Positions 55,584 through 64,000 of a stretch of DNA of 64,000 nt are shown one piece after another (the stretch's first letter is position 1; each line of letters opens with the position of its first letter). The position numbers were made by a program, and so were the translations under genes. Under the pieces are notes generated by a model. The model saw nothing but the letters and a program-made list of their open reading frames with translations, had not been told where the DNA came from and did no database searches. Location of the stretch: assembly GCF_009914755.1 (NCBI RefSeq), contig NC_060930.1. One strand, 5' to 3'. Source of the DNA: the human T2T-CHM13v2.0 reference genome, Homo sapiens.

Positions 55584-56399
55584 GAAGTCCACACTCAAAG
55601 TTTCTTCAGAATCCTAAGAATGCCATTACTTTTCTTTTGCTCTAGATATTCCCATAAAAAGTATCAGGTTGTTGCAGATCAAACCGATGGACAGAAGATG
55701 GGATAATGAGCAAAGGTAAGTGTTCAATCTTGTTTCTACTCTGCCCAAAAATGATACACTTATTTTTAGGCCTTTACTCTTATAACAATATGTTATTTTT
55801 CATAGAAAAGAGGAGATAAAAATTCTAGATAGCTCAAAACTATCATTATTCCTAAAAAATAACAAAAGTAAAATGCAAGCACTACTGATAGTAGGCTTGG
55901 AATGTCATCTGTACATGGAAAACACAGCATCCATTCATAATATGAGAAACAACACGTTGGGAGAAATTTTAAAATACAATTCCCGAAAGGACAGAAAAAA
56001 ATCCCAAAACACTGGGAACAAATGCATGAGCACATAACAGGATAGACCATCTTTATTTTTCACAATTATCTAACGTAAGATTATTATTACCAAGAATTAT
56101 GAGAAGATGACAGCAATGGTTTTGTTTTTGAATCTTCCAGAATACCCACACATTTTTAAGTTAACAACCAGATTGTAAAACTAAAAAACCATGGACAACA
56201 TTTGCAACAAAATTTGGTGACAATATCCTCATGAACACCAAACTGCAAGTGGGTGAGACAAACTACCAATAGTGACAAGACTTGTGTCATATTGGAATCT
56301 GCTCAGATGAAAGCAAAGGGAAGAAACAAGGAGGAATGAATCTGAGAAAAAGGGAAACAGGAGGGAGGGGGAACCTCTATCGTTGAAGGAGACGTAAAA

Positions 56400-56665
56400 G
56401 AAATATCAAAAACCCCAAACTGGCAAGACTAAATTATAGTACTCAGAAATAGATATTTGTGTGATAAAACCATAAAGAAACATATGGGAGTGATTACATG
56501 TGGATCAGCAGAGGGCTTACTTTGAGAGAAAGACAACGGGGCAGGGAGAGGAGTTGGGGTGGCTGGTAAACAGAATACAATCTGGGTGACAGAGAGACTT
56601 AAGGTATAATTTATTTTGTGTGGTTTTTTATCTATGTTTTATTTTACAGTAAAAATGTTTAAAAT
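56400..56665 (+). mobile_element. L1ME-type 3' end
   Basis: ggcaagactaaattatagt...gtgataaaaccataaagaaa...ttttattttacagtaaaaatgtttaaaa. Confidence 0.6.
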
Positions 56666-58107
56666 TTAATTCCTATTGATCTCTGTTTAATTTAAAAAAT
56701 AAAATTTATAGAATATAAATGATGGCTATTTTTTTGGTCCTGCCTATCTCCAGATTTTAGGAGTTGTGACATAAAAAACAAGACCCACTGTGTTAAAAAG
56801 GTATGTGCAATGTTACATAGATAGATAAGAACAGGCACAAACCTTGTTTCCAGTTCTTGCTTCAGGGCTTTTCCCCCTGCCCCATGTTTCTCCTCACTAC
56901 AACCTTACCTTGATAGGCAAAGAAAGATTTTTCTGCTGGCTGGTAGGTGAAACTGCCTCCAAGTTCAGGAGAAACACACCAGGCAGGAAAATACCAAGGG
57001 CGGTCACCCACCACTGATCACACTGGCACACTGGAAAACCCAGAGGGGTATTCTAATTCTGCAGAGCTCAAATCAGCTTCACAGACTAATAGAAAATGTG
57101 TGGCTGTTTTAGTCTATGTAATCTCTGAAGCAGTACTGTACTATTTGTGCAAAATGGCAACTTTGCAGAGAAAGCTATTTCCACAGGTCAGTAGGGGAAA
57201 GGAAATATATAAATAGTCATCAGGGAAAACATGAGTGAAATAGGAAGTGAATGAGAAAATGCTAGATGGTTGCAGTTTAGTAGCTCTAAAATTTATTTTT
57301 AATTTATTTTTATTTTTATTAAGGTTTTGGTAAAAGACTAATCCCAACCCCCTAATGTGGTGATTTGCATTAGTCTCCAGATTCTCTGTAATAATGCACA
57401 GATGCTCAATTTCTTCTGTCTTTTCTGAAAATACCTGTCCTTTGGAATTTATCAACTTTCCTATATCCCTCTGTTTGTATACCAAGAAGAGTACATGATG
57501 ATTTCTATGGTAACCCTTGAAAATCCACTCTGAGCCAGTCGATTATACACTTCTACCAAAGCATAAACACTTGTGTGGAGTAAACTGTTATATTTCTTAA
57601 ATAGCCTATGTTACCTTGCACTATTATTGGAAATTAGAAGGTGCCTCATAAATTTCTACTAGTTTTATTTCAGTAAATATTTAGGAAAAAGTGGACATCA
57701 AGAAATACTAAGACTAGAGCAATAACCCTTCTTTCCTGAGACAACTCCTGGTGGTTCCATTCACATAAAGAACTAAATGGTTTCCACCAGAAGGTGCACA
57801 AGGGCCTGCTCCTGGTTGCCTTCAGCTATCCCCACCTCCTAGAATAAATCAGCAGGTATGCATCAGTCACTTCAGCCTGGATCCTGATTCTCACTGCCAT
57901 CCGAGTGCCTTCATTTCTAAACAAAACTTGTCTTTCCTATCCTAAAAGGCTTCATTTCTGTTCATTGCATAAACATTTTTTTTTCATTTCTTTGGTGTAA
58001 TTTTCTATCTCTTTTTTCTTGTAAACCTTGGCAGATTAAATATGTTTTATGTGGTTTATTTGATGCCTCTCACACTTTTAGCACTGCCTCTTACTGTCTT
58101 GACCCAA

Positions 58108-58168
58108 ACTTGCAGTAACTCACACATAAACTTTTGCAGACTTGCAGTAACTCACACATAAACTTTTG
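58108..58168. repeat. Direct duplication with 29-bp identical copies
   Basis: acttgcagtaactcacacataaacttttg at 58108-58136 and 58140-58168. Confidence 0.95.
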
Positions 58169-59374
58169 TAATTATGTTCTCAAGTACCCCTGCCTCCATC
58201 ATCCCATCAAACCCCAGGACTTCCCAAATCATTCCGCACAAAGTTGCCAAATTAATGGTCTGAAAATGTTTCAGTGTTACATTCTAATCTTGCTAGAATA
58301 TGAAAGTGGTTCCCACCAAAGTCTTTGTAACTATGGAATATTTTAGATTTTAGAGTCTTCCATTGTTTACCTACAAATTGCCTTTTCACGTTTATTCTCT
58401 AGTACTCCCTTTTTCAATCTATCTGGTTCGTCACACTAATTTTCTCGTGGTCTCCAGGCACACTCTAGTCATTCTTATCTTTGCCCATGCCCCTTTTCTG
58501 CATCTCTGCTTATCAAAAGCTTTATCTTCTTAGTATTCTACAATGCAAGGTAGTCTATGTTAACCTCCTGGTTCAATGGGAAGTATGTTTCATGATTCAT
58601 TGAAAGTACAGAGCAAAGACTAGTATCTTGCTTAAATGTGGACATTTAAAAATTTAAGTTTTTCTTTTCCATGGATGAATAAAAGGCTTTTTCCTACCAG
58701 ATTTATTCTAGATAAATAATATAATTTACTTTTTTACAATTACCTAGAAATCTTGGGTGAGTATTATAGACAGGAAACATATAGCTTTGGAAACATATAG
58801 TCTCTTATCTGTGACTTAGTCCTCAGTTAATTGAAGCTGAAGAAGTCATCCTATATGGATAAAAACGATAAAGTAAAACATGGAGAAAAGCAATGATTTG
58901 TTTAACTCAGCTACTTAAATCATTGCCATTGGAATCCATTCCTATAGATAGCCTTCAAGAAATAATATTCCCACATAGTCTACAATAATCAGTTGGATTA
59001 TAGTAATTCCTAAACCTAATTTTTGATGTCCTGAAAACTTTTTAAAATGTATCTCTTCAGCTATTTGAGTCAATTCATAAACTACCTGTCATGACTTTAA
59101 AAACTCTTCTCAGGTATGTATATATTCACCAATATGAATATTTATTTGAATGTGTGTAACACATTCAAAGTAAAAGTGGGCATATATTCACAAACCATAT
59201 ATTTATGAGAATTGCAAGAGTGTAAAAAGTAATTTTCTCCTTCTTAAAGAAACTATTCTGAAGGAACCAGAGCATAAAACAGACCCAGAAGTGTGAGCAT
59301 CAAATTCAGTAACTACCATCAATGGGCTATTGGCTATTTTCTTATCCAAAGTATTCACATAATAGTTTGACCAA

Positions 59375-59510
59375 AATGGTTGTTCTTAGTTTCATGGGGA
59401 TCAAGAATACCTTTGAGAATCTATTGGAAATTAAGAGTCTTTCTGCCCAGGACATAGTAGGCCTTCGCTTATGCAACATTTACATGAAATTTCTGAGAAT
59501 TACTGGAATT
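59375..59510. mobile_element. Possible MER103-like hAT fossil
   Basis: ggggatcaagaatacctttgagaatct...tctttctgcccagga...atttacatgaaatttc; weak match from recall. Confidence 0.4.
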
Positions 59511-60609
59511 AGCTTAAAATTGTCTTCTCTATTTTTTATTCTGCTATCTTATGACTAATAGTGATATATTCAGGTTAACCATGATGGCAGGAGTTCTATT
59601 CCCTAACAATGTAAATTAATTAGGACTTAGAGCCACTCAAATTGTCATATTTATCTTTTAAAAAAGGCAATTAGATCCTAGAAAATTGACCTCTGTGATC
59701 TACTCCTTTCCCCAATTGTATTTAGTGATTCACCAACCATTGTTAATGGTAACCAGAAATAGCACTGAAGACTGCAAAATGAGAAAAAAAACAGAAGTTA
59801 TTCTGAATATAAGCTAAGTATATTAAGGCCATGTTTTCTTTGCAACATAATGAGATTTGATGTATACTCATTGAGAGAATACACTAACAAGAAACACGAA
59901 CCCACTAGGTGGCATGATAGCAAATGTCACTATTGAAGGTCAGAAAAAAATAGATTATATTACCCAGTGTTAAGTATCTATTACTTTTGAATAAATAATG
60001 CTGTTCCTGACGTTTTGGAAGATAAAATAAGTATACAGGAAGATAAAACCATCACTAAGTCTAACAATAAAAAATGTAAAAAGAATATAAAAATGCAAAC
60101 AATATATCCAATGGAAGCTGGCTTACCATAGAGACAAAAGTCTAATGCCAGTTAGTCATATTTTGCAGACATGTAATGAAATGTCAGCAAAATAGATTAA
60201 TGGTCCTCATTACAAAAATAGCATTAAAAGAGGATTGAGAAAGAAGATATGCTAGTGATTAAAGTAAAAGCACAATTAAAATGGCAAATGAGTCAGGACA
60301 TAACATAAAAAAGCTCTGAAGAGGGGCAATGATTGAAAATTATGTTAAGCCCCTCACCACTCATTATAAAAATGTTCTTGGTAATGAGTAAAGATTAGAA
60401 AAGCTAAATTAAAAAGAGTCAAAATTTTACAAACCACACACAAGTCTCTTTAAATAGAAGTCTTAAAAATGCACAGATTAGATATACAACCGTGTTAACT
60501 CATCATCATTAATAGATAATTGAATGTTTGCAGAAAAAAATTGAGGGAAGGAAAAGGAAGGAAGAAGAGTTCAATTCAGTAAAAGGTTATTAAAATCTAC
60601 CTTATTTTC

Positions 60610-60716
60610 ACCAATGCTCTAGACAGGAGTATCATGCCTAACTTATTCCTGACTGTCCTTATGCCTAGCATAGTGGTGGCCTTAAGTGTGTCCTTAATAA
60701 TTCAGTGAATGAATGC
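60610..60716 (+). mobile_element. L2 3' terminal fragment
   Basis: tgcctagcatagtggtggc...aataattcagtgaatgaatg. Confidence 0.6.
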
Positions 60717-61151
60717 ACAAGTAAAAGGAGTTTAACAAAATGAAAAACTATGGACTGTGCTCTCAAGTTGTTTACAGCCTTGGCATCAGAGCACTTAAGG
60801 TAACACCCTGATAGATTTATTTGCACAGTCGGTGTCATTCCTATCTTTGACATTTTTCAAACTATGTGCTCATTTTTGTAAATCAGAGTTCTGAGCAGTT
60901 CAATTTTAGCTTTTCAGTTTTAAGTTGATTTCAAATTTTCTATTCAAATTTTTCAGAATGCTGATATACATATATATTTTATATAATCATTGATGAAGAA
61001 ATATTAATTGTTAAATTGTCTTGCTTCTTGGATGCTGTGAATACCGCGTGGTCTTAGGCAGCTATCTACTCTTGCATCTAGGGATGTGCTCACATTTCAG
61101 GCAGAACCAGCACTAATTGCAAGGAAATAGCTACCTGAAATATTTTGACAA

Positions 61152-61276
61152 ATTACTAGTGTTCTTAAAACTGCTTCTACTTTGGGTGATCAATAAATGA
61201 ACACTGACTTGGTTGATTACTAGTGTTCAGAAAAATGTTGCTGCTTTGGGTGATCAACAAATGTACGTTGACAAGG
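61152..61276. repeat. Diverged tandem duplication, period 64 bp
   Basis: Copies 61152-61212 and 61216-61276, 49/61 identical by hand alignment. Confidence 0.85.
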
Positions 61277-61503
61277 ATGTCCTACTAATCCATTATCTCC
61301 TGTCCAGAAACAGGATGATCTAAATGATTCTGATACCCACCTTCCCACGCTGAAAACCACTGGCTTACATGATGCCTAAAGTCCCTTCCTTGGAATGTGG
61401 GTTAAGAAGGTAGATATCCTAAAACTCAGTTTAGCATATTTTCCTTAATAACAAGGTTGTGATAGTTCCCAAAGTTTAGGACTTTCTAGATCAGTAAAAC
61501 TCC

Positions 61504-61543
61504 AGAGAGAGAGGAGAGAGAGAAAGAGAGAGAGAGCGTGCGA
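61504..61543. repeat. (GA)n microsatellite
   Basis: Read directly from the sequence. Confidence 0.9.
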
Positions 61544-63484
61544 GCAATCTTTATATTATATTCAAAACACCTGCAAAGGATTTAGGAAATATTACTTTAA
61601 AAAAAATAAGCTCAATCTTTTTAATAGCTTCTCATGAACAGGTTTAGAGCCCACAGAATAATGCAAATATTTATAAAGTAATTGCTAGGATCAAATGAGA
61701 AACATAATGGTAATCAAAACTGTATCTTTTGGTACCCAGATGCAGCACGTAACTACTGTGTCACTTCTCAGCTACAATGGCTCTGGGCCCTTGACTTGTT
61801 TGTTCATTTTTGTTTATGCTGATTCAAGTCCTCTGAAACTCTGAAACAAGGTAAATTGGAAAGGGACATAAGAAATGGGTAGAAATACATTATATTCAAC
61901 AAAATTTTACTTATGTTCTCAGGTGTTATATTCAATATTTATAAGTTCTAGATCTTATTCTATTCTTTCTGGTAACAGAAAAAGAAACACATATGTAATT
62001 TATGTTTCTCATATGAAACAGTTTCCAGGTACAGAAGTATCATAACAATAACAAAATTAGATTATTTTGTTGCACATCCCAGTTTGGGGAATTTTAGCAG
62101 GGCTAACATTCTTCTAAACTAGCTCCAGAGGACTCTAAGGGCTACCTTCCAGGTGATCCTGGGCCTTCTAGTTGTCCCAGAACATCTAACATTTTCCTTT
62201 TTCTACTCCTGATGTTGCCTTTGTAGGAGACTAACCAAGAAGTTGCTATGCCTTTATCATTCTCACATTTCCTTTCTCTCTGTGATTCAAGACATATCCT
62301 GCTACTCCTCTATTCTACGTCTTAATTTATTGACTTATTTGAGGCAGAGCAAATGCCATCCACCTCTATTTATGTAAGTGGCTGAGAAAGCAACATTGCC
62401 CAGATCACTCAGATCTTAAGAACATACCAAAGATGTGGCTCTTTTAGTCTTCTCTGAAGTATCCTCACCTGAGGGCTCAGGAGTAGATCAGGGAGAGCTG
62501 GAATAGAAAGTAACCCAAATAGCACACTCTTGTAGTCAACATCAGTTCTCCTCTTGGCTAATGGTCTATTGTTCCAGGCCAAGCTTATATGTTTCCATTC
62601 TGGTTCAGAAGATGTTTCTTATAGAATTCTCATTCTTTCATAAAATAAATGACTAGGAGTTGTACCCTAAAAGTCTTCCAGGCATCCTTCGAATTTACAG
62701 TGAGTGTAGCTTCCTTCCTTTAATATATTTCAACATATTTCTTTCAACATATTTACTCCCTTGCATATACAGCTGACAGAAAAATAACACTGAAATAAGC
62801 CCATTGCCTAGCGATCCTCTAGATATTTAGATTACATAATTTACATCCACAATATTATCCTAGCTGGTTAATACCAGCTAAATCTAGAAAATTGAGCTCT
62901 GGTCCCATTCTAAATACTGATCTTCCATACATAATAAACAGAAAAAAAAACCATATAAACTTAACTATAAAGCAAAATAATAAGCTCGATTTCTAAGAAA
63001 AAAATCTATTTCTGACAAAAACTTACTGTAAATATAACTTAAATGCTCACAAGCATTTGGATAACCAATGTATCAATTTACAAAATAGCCCCTGGCTTGC
63101 ATGAGATGAGATCGGATAAAGCACAGAGACAGATATTTTACAGAAGGGTCAGGAAATATTTTTTATTGCCAAACAACTTAAGAATCAGAAAACACTGATA
63201 TGTTTCAGCAGTGTGTGAGGGGAAACATCAAATTGTTTTATTTCTGTGGCAGAAATGGCACAAGACGTCAGATTTATTATTGGACATCCCTAAAAATAAA
63301 TAATATCACAAATTTCTGTAACAATTTGACAAGAAAGGAAGACAAAGCACAGTTTTAAGCTTATGACCCAATACCTCTCTGCTTTTATATATCAATTATT
63401 GTGATACAAGCTTGGTTTTGTGTGTCCTTTGAATAATGTTTTTAGAAACAAAAATATTTTAGAACAACTGTAGTATAAAAGATA

Positions 63485-63620
63485 TTTCTCTTTTCCTCCG
63501 TCTTGTCTTCTTTCTTTCCTTTCTTCCTCCTTTTTTTCTAATTTTCCTTGGTTCTTCCCTTTCACCTTCCCTTTACTCTTTCCTTTTTTTCCTTTCTTGT
63601 TTCCATTTTTTCTACCTTAT
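63485..63620. repeat. CT-rich low-complexity tract
   Basis: Read directly from the sequence. Confidence 0.8.
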
Positions 63621-63761
63621 TAGAGAAAGAACACAAAAAATATGCAAAGGGGATCAGATTGCGTAATTGAAAATGCAAGAAAGATAAAGGAAAAAAATAG
63701 ATATAAGTTTCTGGCTCTGCATAAGAGTGAGTACACATGACCCTGTCTCTCCCAGTGGATG

Positions 63762-64000
63762 TGCAAACCAAAAAGTATGAGACGGGTCTCAATTGATTTA
63801 GAGGTTTATTTTGCCAAGATTGAGGAACTTCCTAGAAAAAAGGAACACAAAACTCATGCTTTTTCCAAAAAAGGATTTGGGGACTTCAGCATTTAAAGGG
63901 AAAAGAGTGGGCAGTAGGAGAAAGAAGAAAGAAAAAATGTGGGAGGGTAGATAAAAGAGTATAGGGTGACATTCTTCTGAGGCTTTGATCAACATACACT
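63762..64000 (-). mobile_element. MER4-group (ERV1) LTR, continues off the right edge
   Basis: tgcaaaccaaaaag...gagacgggtctcaattgatttagaggtttattttgccaagattgagg is the antisense 3' end typical of MER4-group LTRs; exact subfamily not assigned. Confidence 0.75.

Noticed and set aside
61740-61850. Possible exon (cccag|ATG...AAG|GTAAAT)
   Set aside because: Weak acceptor tract and donor; within chance expectation.

Overview
AT-rich, CpG-poor primate (human-like) genomic DNA, intergenic or deep intronic, with roughly half or more made of transposable-element remnants. I find no supportable protein-coding gene, RNA gene or CRISPR array. Every recognisable ORF in the track comes from L1, Alu, MaLR or simple repeats. 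The main elements are: a full-length but dead L1PA7/8-type LINE-1 (~6975-13367, minus) with an AluSc stacked at its tail, both nested in an older L1ME; a complete THE1A/B MaLR provirus (22384-24749); truncated L1PB, L1MA, L1MC and L1M copies; about a dozen Alu dimers and monomers; solo MaLR/ERVL/ERV1 LTRs; DNA-transposon fossils; and MIR/L2 fragments. I see no evidence of a new biological system. The unusual signals are small rearrangement scars: an inverted 75-bp copy of THE1 internal sequence inside one LTR of the same provirus, a multi-step fold-back insertion in an old L1 ORF1, several tandem duplications of different ages, a thrice-copied target site, a probable twin-primed L1 end, and a few unproven plus-strand candidate exons. 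Subfamily names come from my recollection of consensus sequences, not from a database search. Boundaries of the old elements are approximate.
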